64,000 nt of DNA from the human T2T-CHM13v2.0 reference genome, Homo sapiens (GCF_009914755.1 NC_060929.1); one strand, 5' to 3'; shown: positions 40,783 to 58,084, counted from the stretch's first letter. Notes: a model not told the origin generated them from the sequence alone. Program-made: numbers and translations.

Positions 40783-41415
40783 TTGGTTATCCAAGAAGAG
40801 GTTTGACTAAGACCATATCTATCTATATATATGTATGTGCATGTGTGTGTGTATATATATATATATTCCTCACATTATATATTTATATATATATTCCTCA
40901 CAGTATATATTTATATATATATTCCTCACAGTATATATATATATGTCACAGTATATATATATATGTCACAGTATATATATATATACCTCATAGTATATAT
41001 ATATACCTCATAGTGTATATATATATATTCCTCACAGTATATATATATAGTATATATATATTCCTCACAGTATATATATATAGTATATATATATTCCTCA
41101 CAGTATATATATATAGTATATATATATTCCTCACAGTATATATATAAATATATATATTATATATATATATATATATATTTATTAAGTGCATACTGTGCCA
41201 ACACTGTTCTAAATCCTGAGAATTCTACAGGTCTGAATAAAATCCAGCCCTGAAATAAATAGAAGAGATGGACCCTTGCCTGTAAATGTAGGAGAAGCTC
41301 CCTTAAAGGAATTCCACTTAATTGAACTGTATGACATCAACTGATGCTCTCTGTTCCTACTGTAACATGTAATTGATAGATGTCCATGGTGCACTGAGAG
41401 TTAGGTTAATTTGGA

Positions 41416-41451
<36 letters not shown>

Positions 41452-42720
41452 CTATATATATATATATATGTTCCTATATATATATATGTTCCTATATATA
41501 TATATATGTTCCTATATATATATATACCTCACAGTATATATATACAGTATATATATAGTATATACATTATTCCTCACAGTATACAGAGTATATAAATTAT
41601 ATAGTATATTTTATTCCCCACAGTGTATATATAGCATATATCTAGTATATATATTATATATAGTATATATACACACACTATATATTATATATAGTATACA
41701 TATACACTATATATATTACATATATAGTATATATATTCCTCACAGTATATATAGTATATCTATTATTCCTCACAGTATATATAGTATGTATATTATTCCT
41801 CACAGTATATATATACAGTATACATATATACTATATACAGTATATACTATATACACAGTATATACTATATAGAGTATGTATACAGTACACATACATACTG
41901 TATATATACTGTGAGGAATAATTGATATACTATATATACTATATATACTGTGAAGAATGTATATACACTATATATATACTGTGAGGAATATATATACACT
42001 ATATATATTTTATACTCTATATACTATATATACTATATACTCTCTATATAGTATATGTTGTATATATATACTATATATACAATACATACTCTATATACTA
42101 TATATACTCTATATACTCTATATACTATATATACTCTATATACTATATATATTATATATACTATATATAATATATATACACTGTATATACTGTATATACT
42201 CTATATACAGTATATATACTATATATACTGTACTATATATACTATATACTATATATACTATATACACTATATACTATATATACTATATACACTATATACT
42301 ATATATACTATGTATACTACATAGTATACTATATACACTATATATACTATATATACTATATACACTACATGTACTATATACGCTATATATACTATATATA
42401 CTATATACACTTTATATACTATATATGCTATATACTATATACACTATATATACTATATATGCTATATACTATATACACTATATACTATATATACTATATA
42501 CTATATATACTATATATACTATACATACTATATACTATATATACTATATATACTATACATACTACATGTACTGTGTATATATATACTGTGAGGAATATAT
42601 ATATACTGTGAGGAATATATGTATACTGTATATATATACTGTGAGGAATATATATATCTAAGATTTTATACATATACATATATATTTTTTTTCTGCGGAC
42701 ATATATACATATACATATAT
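40376..42720. repeat. ~2.3-kb complex TA-rich array containing templated copies of flanking and nearby unique sequence
   Basis: (TA)n/(TATAC)n background with a recurring TACTGTGAGGAATA / TATTCCTCACAGTA motif. Embedded copies lie at 40578-40646, 40785-40815 and 41180-41414. Confidence 0.95.
41180..41414 (-). repeat. 235-bp inverted copy of 44950-45198 embedded in (TA)n
   Basis: The reverse complement aligns end to end with about 10 substitutions and a 14-bp deletion. The ORF track echoes this (41209-41394 minus vs 44970-45224 plus). Confidence 0.95.
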
Positions 42721-42729
42721 TCATATTTT

Positions 42730-42990
42730 TCTGGGGACTTGGGATGAATGGTTGTGTGACTAGATGTGAAATATATAAGGAGAGGAGATGAAACTCAGTG
42801 TTGAACATACTGAGTTACAGCTGGTGTTGGACATACAGGTGGAGTTGTCCATAAGATAGCTGGATATGTGGTTCTACAGCATGGAAAAGAGATCTAAGCC
42901 AAAGGTACAGACATAAGTATCATAGGCAATGAGAAACTGACACCATGTGATATTGGATGGGGTTATCCAAGAAGTTTGACTTAAGACCAG
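42730..42990 (-). mobile_element. L2 fragment
   Basis: 'gatgaaactcagtgttgaacatactgagtt..ggacatacaggtggagttgtcc..ctggatatgtgg' resembles antisense L2. Confidence 0.65.
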
Positions 42991-44949
42991 TGGCAACTGA
43001 TGAATTTTCTAAAGCTAAATGTATCCAGTAGTTTAAATCCAACTTCATACCAAACATTTTCCCACTTATAGCCATAAACAAAGATTAAAAGAATCTAGTT
43101 TGATTTTTTTCCAAGTAAAGATGGTAATGAATAGTAAAATGATTCAGAAAAAGAAAGCCAGAATATAATTCAGAAGCCTGAATAATTTACAAATTAGAGA
43201 CACGAAACCCAAAAGATTAAATATAAACTAGTGACTGAAAAAGGCACATGACTGATTATTCAAGGCACATGACTGATTACTCCTTCTATCTAAATCAGTA
43301 AAACACCCCCTACCCTACCTTCACCAGGCAGTACTGGGTAATGTCATTAGCATTCGACTTCTTCAAAGAGGAAAAGTTAAAGGAAGTACAGCAAAGTATA
43401 CTCATATCTCCTTTTTTTTCAAGTTAAAGATAATAGAAAACCTGCCATGACATAAAATCTGCAAATATAATTTTAAAAATGCCAAAAAGATGAAAAGAAA
43501 CTCAAAAGTATGGATCTCCAATTTCTTCCACTTTACTCTGAATAACAAAGCTGTTTTTCACATATATTGTGAACCTTTCAGCAATTTGCTGGAATAAAGA
43601 TAAATCACCCTGCATTTCCATGTAATAAGAATGCTCTGCTGTCAGTCAGAAGTAGAGATTGTGGAACCTGATTAAATAATTTTTCATTCCTTTTCACTCT
43701 GTTTAAGAAAATTGTACTCCCTAAATTCATATAAAATACAGTTTGGTTTGCTATAACAACAACAACATAAAAGAAAACAGATGAATAAAATTCTAATGTT
43801 AGAGTACATTTTAAAATCACCAATTTAAAAAACCATATTAATTTTTTCAATTAATTTTCTGTATATTTCTTCATTAAAAGTGAAATATTTTAATACATCT
43901 TATTTCCAGTAGAAACATTTCAAGAAATATTTAATGCATATCCCCCAAAGCTTAAATATTTTATGGTCTCTTTTTCTTTGAATTTAAAAGTGCTTGTATT
44001 TCTAATATTAAATCAGTAAAATTGAAATATTCATATTCTATTTGTCTCTAAATTAAGAGTTCTCATTTTTCTCCATTCCTAAAATGTCTGTCTCAGCTAC
44101 CTGAGAAGTAAAACACAGGGCACAAAAATAATAACCTGAAATAATCTGAAGGGCTTTGTTTTTATCTATGTCTATCAGTTTTTGTTGACTTAGCTCATCT
44201 CGCCTACTTGTAATTCTAAGATTTAAAGAATCACTGAATAATTTTGAGAAAAAAATATTTTTCCCTTTCTGGTGTTTACTTTTTTGTCATTATTATAGAC
44301 TCACAGAAGAGATAGATTCAAGAAAAATTCAGAACATTAAATAATACAACAATCTGTGCATATTCATACTGACAATGCTAACAAAAGACAAAATGCCATA
44401 AAGAAACAGGAATTTGTTTTACCTGTCTAGGGACAACTGAACTTATTTTTTCAGTATTACTGTAAAGTAGCTCTTCAAGTGGAAAGACATATTAAAGATA
44501 AAATATTCTAAAGAAAGATACATTTAATATTTTTTGTCAGTCTTTACATGATTTTTACTCGTACCATAAATCAATAATGATTTTAGTCACTAATATTTAT
44601 CAAATATTTTCAAATCATTCTACAAAGTTCTCATTTAAATGACAATTATTTTTCTTTTATATCCATATGTTATCCATTTATATAATATTTAAATTATACA
44701 ATTATTAAGATAGAATTCACAGCACAGGGTGGTAAAGTATTAGTATTGCTCTATTTATTAAACCAGTGGGAACATATATATTTCATTTATTATTATAATT
44801 AAAGTTGTGTCTCTCTGTTGTATACACTATTTTATGTGTATTTTTTAAAAAAAATAAGTTCAATTGGTATAAACATAATTGGGAAAAAATAGTCCATTCT
44901 CCTGCTAAGTAGGTAAGACTATTTTTGGTGGTGAATGCAGAAAACATCC

Positions 44950-45198
44950 CCAAATTAACCTAACTCTCAGTGCACCATGGAAAACTATCAATTACATGTC
45001 ACAGTAGGAACAGACAGCATCAGTTGATGTCATACAGTTCAATTAAGTGGAATTCCTTTAAGGGAGCTTCTCCCACATTTACAGGCAAGGGTCTATCTCT
45101 TCTGTTTATCTGCGATCTTACATTTCGGGGCTGGATTTTATTCAGACCTGTAGAATTCTCAGGATTTAGAACAGTGTTGGCACTGCATGCACTTAATA
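44950..45198 (+). repeat. Donor segment of the inverted copy at 41180-41414
   Basis: See 41180-41414; the donor retains the 14 bp that the copy lacks. Confidence 0.93.
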
Positions 45199-46371
45199 CT
45201 TGTAAAATGAATAAAAGAATGTAGAATTACTGAAACATTTACACATTCATTTTACTTATGCTTCTATCACAAGAAATTAAGTAGTTCTCATTTCAATATT
45301 TTGTCATTTACATCTTGCTTCTGCACTTAGTAACTCAGAATTAATTGGGTGATAGTAATTTCCGTCTCCAGATTGTAGTTACATGGTGAGACATAGGAAA
45401 ATGAGTTTCAGGGATTTACGTGATACCTGATGTTTTCAGGCATGAAATGAAGTTGTATTTATTATATATCATTTTAAAAAATCACTTTGATGCTCTCTAA
45501 AACATTCTGAAATTTCTACCAGAAAAATGAAATTATTTAAAGAGTTACAAAAAGTTATAATCACAGTTTACCTAGAAACTGAAAGGGAAATATTTCAAAT
45601 CCTTGGTTTTCTGAAATTGAAATAACCCTTTAGAATCTTAAGAACAGTGATATGTTTCGACAGATATTTTATGATAAAATTAACCACCATGACTAACAGC
45701 ACTGAGTGTTTTTGACAGGATATAAGGCCAAACACTTTGTTGTATTATTATTTGCATTCAGGATTAATTCTGTCCATGCACAGACACAAATGTCGTATTT
45801 AATCCCATAGAACATAATAACCACTTTATAAACATAGAGCTATCCACAATATCAGTTTATTAGCATTAGGAATTACAGAATTCTATCTCCAGCTGTTCTT
45901 TGTGAAGTTCAGAAACCAAACAATTAAACAAGAATACATTTACATTTCTAAGTGCTCAAGATAAATGGTCTCTCTGGTCTTCCCTGTTACGGAGAACTCC
46001 ATAAATCTAATCCTTGAAGATATATCTACTGAGGCAATGTCTACATGACACCAAAGCATTCATATGAAAAAGAGAAAACTGAATGATCCAAATGTCTCCC
46101 AATATCTGGGGTTTTGGCCTCATGTAGATAAAACACTTGAGACACTGAGACCTTTCATTTAGTGTATGTGTTCTGAATCACTTATATGCAGTAGCGAAAC
46201 AGATTTGAGCAGCTCCCCACTGAGCAATGTAACATTCACATCAAAGCACAATCTTGAGTATGAACATCTGCCTAAGAACTAGGAAACACCCCTAAATAAG
46301 TGTAGAGCCTCAGTCAGCCAAGCCTAAGTTAGGTGAATTTTATAAGATCTAAAATTATACATGTGGATGTG

Positions 46372-46394
46372 GATAGATGATAGATAGATAGCTA

Positions 46395-46450
<56 letters not shown>
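46372..46450. repeat. (TAGA)n tetranucleotide repeat
   Basis: Directly visible. Confidence 0.95.
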
Positions 46451-46451
<1 letters not shown>

Positions 46452-46858
46452 TGATATACGTACCCACACACAGATGAAGAGGAGAGTCTAGAAGTGTCTA
46501 TGCCAAATTATCTTTGAAATAATCCCTTTACGTTGTCATTCCCCTGTTGAAAAATTTGTAATGCTCTATCACTTTTCAGTGGTTTCTGAAGAGTTTTTGG
46601 CTATAGAAGCTTTTGTTTGAATGAAATTTTACATAGAAATTCACTATGCAAAATATATAAGAGCAGTTCTGCACTGATAAAAGCCTAAAACCCTGTTGAA
46701 GTGGCCCCATAGATGCAACAGAACACAGGTTGACAACCACTAATCCATGCAATAAATCCACACTCTTGTCTGCCTTTCATAAATCTGTCCCAACTTACCT
46801 ATCTTTCATTTGAGCATTCATTAATTCAAAAAATATTAATTGAGCAATACTTATGTTA

Positions 46859-47200
<342 letters not shown>

Positions 47201-49363
47201 AAATAAGACTAAGACTGTGTTCTCAAGAAATTTACATTCTAAAAGAAAAGGCAAACATAAAAAAATTAATATAATGTGATTAGCATCATGTCTGTACATA
47301 TGTCACAAAGGAAAGAATAATTAATCATATAGATTAGTAAAGGAAAACTTTACCAAAACATATGTTTGAATTGGATCTTGAAAGAAGGCACAAGGAAATA
47401 AAGAATGTATAGGAGTTTGATGGGTGAATAAATGGGTAAGGGTAATTTTTAGTAGAAAAGCACAGAACAAAAGCACAGGACATGTGAGAATGTGGTGCCT
47501 TTGAATAACAGAGAACTCTAGGGTGGCTGAAATGTAGGATAGGAAGGGAACTTAACTACTCACAGAGCAAATTAAAGGGTACATTTCCCCATAATCAATG
47601 GGAAGCAATCCTTGAAATAGCCATGTAGGTCCATATTTAAAAGCAATAAAACCTATTTATTAAGCACACGTCTTCGATATCAGACAAATCTTAATTTCAT
47701 TTCTGGTACTCTTACCATGTTTTAAGGCAAGTACTAGGTTTCCATGTCCTCATGCACAAACTGGGGTAATATCTATTTGACAAGGTTACTATAGAGATTA
47801 TATAAAATCATATACGTAAAGTCAGTGCATAACAAGTTGTTATTACTATCATTGTCATCGTTATCCTTAGTGTTTGGTTTGGTCTCTCCTCATAACCATG
47901 TTTGTTCATATTGTGTTCCTAAAACACATAGAATAGATCCCTTTTTCCATCTATTTAACTAAAATGGACTTATCCTTCAGTCCCAGGCCAAATTCCTTTG
48001 ACAAGACCTTTCCTGTCTGTGAATATTAAGAACACTTAAAATCAGTACCTCCCACCTAATTTTTAAATAATCATTATCATATGTAAAATATGTAAATATG
48101 CATATATATATATACATGTTTTGCCTACCAAACTAGTTTGTAATCTCTATAAAAACTCTAACAATATTTTCTGATTTCTTTACAAACCCTTGTGCCACCA
48201 CCATCAGACTCTATTTACATACTCTCCACAAAATCACTTTCAAATCCTGTCACTTCTTTCTTTCCCACAGCCAACTTAGAGCTCATTAAGACTTTCATTA
48301 TTTGACACAGCACTATTTTCCCATTTATTATTGCCACATCATTTGGCTTTCCATCCAGTTTGGAAAGACACAGTAACTCCTTTCAACAATGCTCTATTTG
48401 CTTCCTAGAATTATCTATCTCGGTGACCACTTCCAACACATCGGACCTGCCAATTTTAACCCCATGACAAATTGCAGTATGGTTTAGCCCCTACTGCTTC
48501 TACACAGGTGTTGCTATAGAAAATCATGAAAATTTGCTAATTGTTTTCACTACATATTCATGCACCCTAAACATGGAGAAGCCTTCAGTTCTAATCAGAT
48601 ATCTTTTAATGTTTTTCTAGCTGAGTTCCAATTTTATTCCCTACACATCTCAGCACCCACTACTTGTTTTACTTTCCAGTCTGCTGTCCATTTCCCTTAT
48701 TTTGTGTAGATAATTCTACTTAAATTATTTTCAAAAATGAGTTCTTCAGGTAGTTATTCCTTCATTTTACTCACAATTTTAAAATGCCCATGATTCTTCT
48801 CCCATCCTTTTTTTGTTATTAATTTTAGAGGAAGGTACATTCAGCTCTGAACTCGGGAGGTAAACCAGGTCTCTTTACTTCCTCTAGACTTTTATTCTAT
48901 CAACTATATTCTCTTATCATTTTAATTTTCTCCACTCTATATTGAAGCATGAAAATTTAACAAGTGAATAAAGGGGGAGATTTTATTTTTGGCAGAGGAA
49001 ACTGTGCAAAAGCACAGTCTAGTACTAATAAACTGTGTACTAATAAACTCAACTTCTTGTGTTAAGACACAGTTTTATATTTCTCATAGAATTAATCTAC
49101 CAAATTATCAAGTTAAGGTTCTAACATATGAGAAAACATTATGTTTATGTTGCCTTCATTTACTCAACCTAATCAGTCCTCAAACTGTTGCCATTTGGCA
49201 TTCATCGCCACTACTGGAATAAAACTACTTTCTTGATTATCACAAATGTGTTTATAAATTCCAAAGCATGTAATCTGGTGTTGATTACTTCATTCTTCTT
49301 CCTGAAACCCGTAAACTTAACAAAAAAAGCAGGAAAAGAAATTTCATCTTCAATGAACTCACA

Positions 49364-49570
49364 GGCCAGGAGCTTTGACTCATGCCTGTAATCCCAGCAC
49401 TCTGGGAGGCCAAAGCAGGTGGATCGCTTGAGCCCAGGAGTTCAAGAACCAGCCTGGGCAATATGGCAAAACTTCATCTTTACTAAAAAATACAAAAATT
49501 AGCTGGGCACAGTGGCACAAGCCTGTAGTCCCAGCTAGTTGGCTGGGGCAAGAGGATCACCTGAGCCTAG
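49364..49570 (+). mobile_element. AluJ-like, 3'-truncated
   Basis: Left monomer, linker and the start of the right monomer; breaks off after 'gatcacctgagcc' with no poly(A). Confidence 0.85.
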
Positions 49571-49821
49571 TGAATTAGGTGAGATTCACTGCTGAAGCTG
49601 GAGCTGGAATTATCACACCCAAACATATTGCCACTATGTATTAGAACTATGTCAGAGTGAACCATAGGGAGAGAGTTAACAAATGATGACTGCATATGGA
49701 ATGCGAATATTCTTCCAAGTGCTTTCCCTAACTAACTTTTTTCTCTATTTTTCCCCATTACACTGATTTTTCTTTCTTCCAGACTTCAACTCTAACTTCT
49801 GTGTAGCTTGATACTAAACAC

Positions 49822-50361
49822 ATTGTTGGTTCTCTGGAGAGACAGAACCAATACGATGTATGAGAAGATTTCACAAGATCGCAAAGGTGGAAAAGTCCGA
49901 CAATAGGCCCTCTGCAAGCTGGGGAGCCAAAGAAGCCGGTAGAGGTAATGCGACTCACTTAGCAAGCCTGAGACCCAGGGAAGCCCACTGTGCAACCCCC
50001 AGTTCGAGGCTGAAGGCCGAAGAGCCCCCAGGAGGCTCCTGGTGCGGGTCCCAGAGTCCAAAATCCAAAGAACCTGGAATCTGATGTCCAAGATTAGGAG
50101 GAGTAAAGCATCCAGCTCCAGAAGGGAGGAAGAGACCAATGAGAAAGAAAATCTGCCTTCCCAGTTTGTCCCATTGAAGATACCAGTCACAGGATGGTGC
50201 CCACCCACACTGAGGGCAGGGCTTCCTCTCTCAGTCCACTGATTTATATGTCAATCTCCTCTGGACACCCCTTCATAGACACACCCAAACACAGTGTTTC
50301 CTCAGCCATCTAGGCATTCCTCAATCCAATCAAGTAGATACCTAAAATTAAGCATTACACA
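49822..50361 (-). mobile_element. MLT2B-type (ERVL) LTR
   Basis: 'ggttctctggagagacagaaccaata..tctgcaagctgg..aagaacctggaatctgatgtcc..gcccacccacactgagggc..caatccaatcaagtagatacctaaaattaa'. Confidence 0.88.
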
Positions 50362-50739
50362 GTCAAATCATAAGTAGAATGTTGTTGGGGAGAAGGAAGC
50401 ATATACTTCCTATCATTGGACTCGTTGTACTAGTTTTGAAGGGGTAAAATACATTCCAATGACATGGTTCCCAATATCAGAGCTGAATTCATGTTCTTTT
50501 GACAGAAACATTGGGTTACTACTAGTTTTAATGTTCCCATCACTGGAAGTTTTAGGAATGAGGACAATGCTTCAGGCACTATCTTTCTGTTTTCACATCG
50601 AAATGGCTAGACCTATCCCTGACCCCAAGTGGTAGGCTCATGACTCTTACCATCCCCAGACCACTTCTCTTACCTGTGTCCAAGCTCCCAAATCCTGATG
50701 TTTTCTTTTGATCTCCATACTTCCTTTTCCTCCATATTC

Positions 50740-51495
50740 TAACTCAGTCAAGTGTAGTTTTTTAACGTTTATACCATTTTTTAACGCCTATTTTTCCCAT
50801 TTTTACCTGAAATTCTAGTTTAGTCTGCATCATTTCTCATTTTAATTGCTCTAATAGGTGCTGAGCCAGCATCCAGGATTTAAGCCTTCCCTAACCCATT
50901 CTGATGCACAGTGATAATATTTTAAAAACTCAAATAATCACACCTCAAATTATGTTCCTTCATGTTTCAATTTCTCCTCATTGCCTATTACCTAAATAAA
51001 GCTCATCACACTTCTTAGCCTAACCTTCACATCCTTCTTTAATTTGGCTTCAATATACCCTTCTAGCCTATATTCCACTGCCTTGCTTACATAGTCCACT
51101 ATTAGCAAACAATGGCTCAGCATTGTTTCAGATACCCTGCTCTCCAGTCTATGTTTCTAACCACAGTTTTTATCCACTTAGAATGCCTTTCCATTATCAC
51201 TGCTATAAAAATTCTAACATTTCTCAAGGACCAACTTAAATGTCATTTCTAGACAATAAATTAACTAACCCTCTCATTCAAATTGAAACACTTTCTTGTT
51301 TATACTTTCATAATTGTCAGAAGTATCCTTGTTATGGCGTTTATAAGATTTTTGTTTATTCTACATTTTATTTTATAGCCTTTATATTTATTGCTATTCA
51401 TCTTATTTATGTTAATTTTATAGTTTTGTTATTTGTTATCTTTTTACTGGTCACAAGATCTAGCACAATACCTGTACACATAAGCATTTAAAAAG
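50740..51495 (+). mobile_element. L2 3' fragment
   Basis: 'gaatgcctttcc..tcaaggaccaacttaaatgtcattt..tctagcacaatacctgtacacataagcattt' resembles the L2 tail. Confidence 0.6.
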
Positions 51496-52573
51496 TAAAG
51501 TTTTATGTATTGTCTAAAAAGGAGATAGATATGTGACAATATGCAGTACTTTCTTTACACTTTTATATTTTTTAGTCTGGTAAACCTATCTACTTGGTGA
51601 ATTTCCTTTGGTCTTCTTTCTACAGTTAATAAATGAAATGATGGGCTTTTTTTTTTAATGTGGTTCAATACTTCAAGGAAAACAAAACCTCAACTTTTCC
51701 TAGACTTAAACTTTAAAAGTAACAATAGAATATTACTCTTTTAAATTTCCACCTCCAGCAAAGAAAATCAGTGTCTTCCAACTGATGGGAGAAAAAAAAA
51801 AAAAAAAAAAAAAACTAAAACTGTATTTTTTTTAATTTAAAGGTTTTTTCATATCAGATTTTAAAATAACAAAAATATCAGATTTTGAAAACTGAACTGT
51901 ATGTTTTCAAATAAATGCATATTTCATTTATTTGAGATCAAGAGTATGTCTGTTTTACAAAAACATGATTTGATTAAGAATTTGAATATGGAAATACCTG
52001 TTAAAGTAGGACATAGTGGCATTTTTTATTAATGACCATTACACTCTACTCAGGTAACAGCCTGTAAACCTTAGTTATAAGTCCAAGTCTTTCTCGTGAA
52101 TTTCTACTGTATTTTTCTCCATCTAAACTGGCAGTGATAGAATAAACATATTACATACCAAATAGTGACTTTCAATGTATAAGCAAAGCACTATCCAAAT
52201 TGTAGATGGTACAGAAGATCATGGGGAAAAAGTCAAATATTCCAGTCCTAGGTAAAAAGGTATGGTTTTGGTAGTCTTTCTTCAACACTCTTCTGCCTAC
52301 CACACATACCTCTCCAAGTTAGACACCTACTCTGGCTCCATCAGCGATCTGGCCACCATCATCTCCATTCCAAGTCAGCTGTCAGAATATTTACCAAGTT
52401 ACAAATAAACATCTTGATTTATTCTTCTCTCTAAAGTACTTACTTTAAGAGACTTTGCTTCTTAACCCAAATAAATGTCTCAAAAAAAGGAAGATATTGG
52501 GCATGTCCTAGGAAAAAGAAAATGAATTTTGGGATCAGCGTTTCCAAAGCAGCAAAATCAAAATGGTATAGAT

Positions 52574-52881
52574 GTTGAGGGCAGTGGCTCACACCTGTAA
52601 TGCCAGCACTTTGGAAGGCCAAGGAAGCAGGAGTGTTTTGAGGCCAGGAGTTCAAGACCAGCCTGGGCAACATAGCAATACTCCTATCTTTACAAAAAAA
52701 TGTTAAAAATTAGCCAGGTGTGGTGGCACATGCCTGTTGTCCTAGCTACTTGAGAGGCTGAGTTTGAATGATTGCTTGAGCCCAGGAATTTGAGGTTACA
52801 ATGAGCTATATAACCTTAAATTCATGCCACTGCACTCCAGCCTGGATGGCAAGGCAAGACCCTGTCAAAAAAAAAAAAAAA
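52574..52881 (+). mobile_element. AluJ
   Basis: Dimer with 'ttgaggccaggagttcaagaccagcctgggcaacatag' and 'gagctat', ending in poly(A). Confidence 0.9.
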
Positions 52882-53399
52882 TACCCTGTGTACTCCTGGT
52901 GTTATTGGTCATGCCTCTGAAGGAAAATACAGGCAATAGAAAATGCCAGGACTTGAGATCTCAGAATTCCATGTCTAAGTCATAGCTAGACACCCAACAC
53001 AAGGTTAATACATACTGTGTTGCTACTAGAGTATCAGCCTCCATTTTTTTGTTATTTCTTCCCTTGTCAATTTTATTATAATACAGAAATATTCAATATC
53101 TTCTTTTCTCCTCTTCTTCTTAAGCAAAGGCAGGCTTCCCTACATGGAATTTTTATTTTCAAACCCAATTTACACAACTGCCACATAGAACAGTAAAAAC
53201 AAAGAGGGAAAATTCAAAGATATTTAATTCTTTTGCAATCCTACCAAAGATTCATTCACCACAAAATCTTATGAATGAAATTTTGTTCTTGAATCCTAGC
53301 CAAGTTCTTCTATTTTGGAAACTGAATAAAGGATGAGATAATTGAGCTTTCTCTAAACATTAGAGCATGCTTTCTACATGTTTGCATTGTTAATAACAA

Positions 53400-53620
53400 G
53401 AATAATAATGTCTATTTATCTAGGGCTCAATTTCATATTAGGTACTGTTCAAAAGACTTTGCATATGTTATCTCATTTAATCACCACAAAAATCAGTGAG
53501 TTAGATACTATTATTATTCTCATTTTACAGATACTTGTCATATCTTGCTCAAGCATATATAACAGTTAGAAAGGAGTAGAGTCAAGACTCACAGTTAAGC
53601 TGTACAGTTCCAGAGTCCAT
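53400..53620 (-). mobile_element. MIR SINE
   Basis: 'tatctcatttaatcaccaca..tactattattattctcattttacagat'. Confidence 0.75.
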
Positions 53621-53789
53621 CCACGGCCCTTCCTAAATATGCTTGAACACTTTTCTCTTTTCATTTGATTTTTGAAACACTTCTGTGACAGAGTCATGGG
53701 TGAGTATTTTCATTTTGCAAATAAGAAAACTGAAGCTCAGAGGTATTTGGCAACTTATTAAGTTTTAGACTGTATTTTTCAATATGATA

Positions 53790-53950
53790 TCCACTATGTG
53801 TCTATATAATTAAGTTACTTAAAATTAAATATTTGGTCCCTCAGCCACATTGCAAATGCTCAATAACTCTATACAGCTAGTAGCTACTGTTCTGAAGAGT
53901 ACAGATATATACCATGTCCATTATTGAAGAAAATTCTACTGGACGTCACT
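53790..53950. mobile_element. MER3-like hAT-Charlie fragment
   Basis: 'gccacattgcaaatgctcaata..gctagtagctactgtt..cagatatata..ccattattgaagaaaattctactggac'. Confidence 0.65.
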
Positions 53951-54701
53951 TCTTTCTAAAGTACGTCCTTTGTTTGTATCAACAGGAGCAGGAAGATCTT
54001 ATCCTTAAGGTCCAAAGGATTTACTGAGATAAAATACTTTATGCACCTGCAGCACAGCCAAAGTATTGGTAATACAAAAGAAGAGCAATTTATAAAGTTA
54101 ATGCATTTTAATATAGTAATCACCAGTTTCATTTTTAAGCTTAGATTATACAAAAGGAACAATTGATGAAAGATCAGAATATATAAAAAAAATTACAAAA
54201 CATAAAAGAGAAAAACTGTCTAGTTCAATTTGGAATTAGCCTAGAATCATAATTTTTTTCATTAGCGTTCAATTTATTAAGCTAATCTACTCTGTACAAA
54301 AAAAAATATAAAAATTGGTAATCATATTCTGTAAGTTTTACAATGCAAAGTTTCCAAAGTTGTGAAAAAATTTAAATAATGGTTTGCGTTTTACTGGTAC
54401 ATATGCAGATCACTCAATAGGAATTCCCTAAACTGGAAATAAGGTGCCCCTTTTTATAATGAAATCTATGGATTTAAAATAGATTTCTTTACGTAGATAT
54501 TTTGTGCCCTTTGATCAGTGCTCACCACTTTCATGAACACTTGACTAAAACTAAGGTGATGTAGACAGTAATGGCCTTATAAGACCCTATTTCCTGGAAA
54601 TTTTAATTTGACACAAAATACCTTATCATTAATTTGCTGAAATTAAATTAATTTAGTAAACAAGTAAAGTAATTTAGTAAACAAGCTGGTGCTTCATTTT
54701 A

Positions 54702-57512
<2,811 letters not shown>

Positions 57513-58084
57513 ACAATGATAACACATGGAGACAGGAAGGGGAACATCACACTCTGGGGACTGTTGTGGGGTGGGGGGAAGGGGGAGGGATAGCATTGGG
57601 AGATATACCTAATGCTAGATGACGAGTTAGTGGGTGCAGCGCACCAGCATGTCACATGTATACATATGTAACTAACCTGCACATGGTGCACATGTACCCT
57701 AAAACTTAAAGTATAATAATAATAATAAAAAAAGAAAAGTATGTAAGTTTTTGTTATTTGGGGAAAAATCCACAGACATAAATGAGAATAAGAAAGAAGG
57801 ATAAGAAAACAATTTTGTGCTTGGGACAGGCAGAGCTAGAGGCTCTGAAGGCACAGAATATCAAATTTAAATTTTTATCAGTTTAAAGGGAAATGACCCA
57901 GTGTCATATGTAGAGATCTCAATTCTCTCAGGAAGAGAGAAATGAGTGGATTCCTTGGAACTGGAACAAGTTAGCACTATAGAAAAGCTTTCAACAGCAA
58001 ATTTTCCAACACCACTCCTCAACTGTAACCCCATCTAGTGAAAGTAGTTGAGTTTTGTGGCTCCTAAAAGACAGAGAAAGAATG

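Noticed and set aside
40865-42650. CRISPR-like appearance of a recurring motif with variable spacers
   Set aside because: The context is eukaryotic, the 'spacers' are TA runs, the motif derives from the local flank, and there are no cas genes.
40689-42808. Long Y/I/T/L-rich ORFs (up to 234 aa)
   Set aside because: These are translations of the TA-rich array, which lacks stop codons because of its low complexity.
41209-45224. Two similar short ORFs (MHHGHLS... / MHHGKLS...) as a small gene family
   Set aside because: The similarity is explained by the DNA-level inverted duplication. The 14-bp deletion shifts the frame and there is no coding signature.
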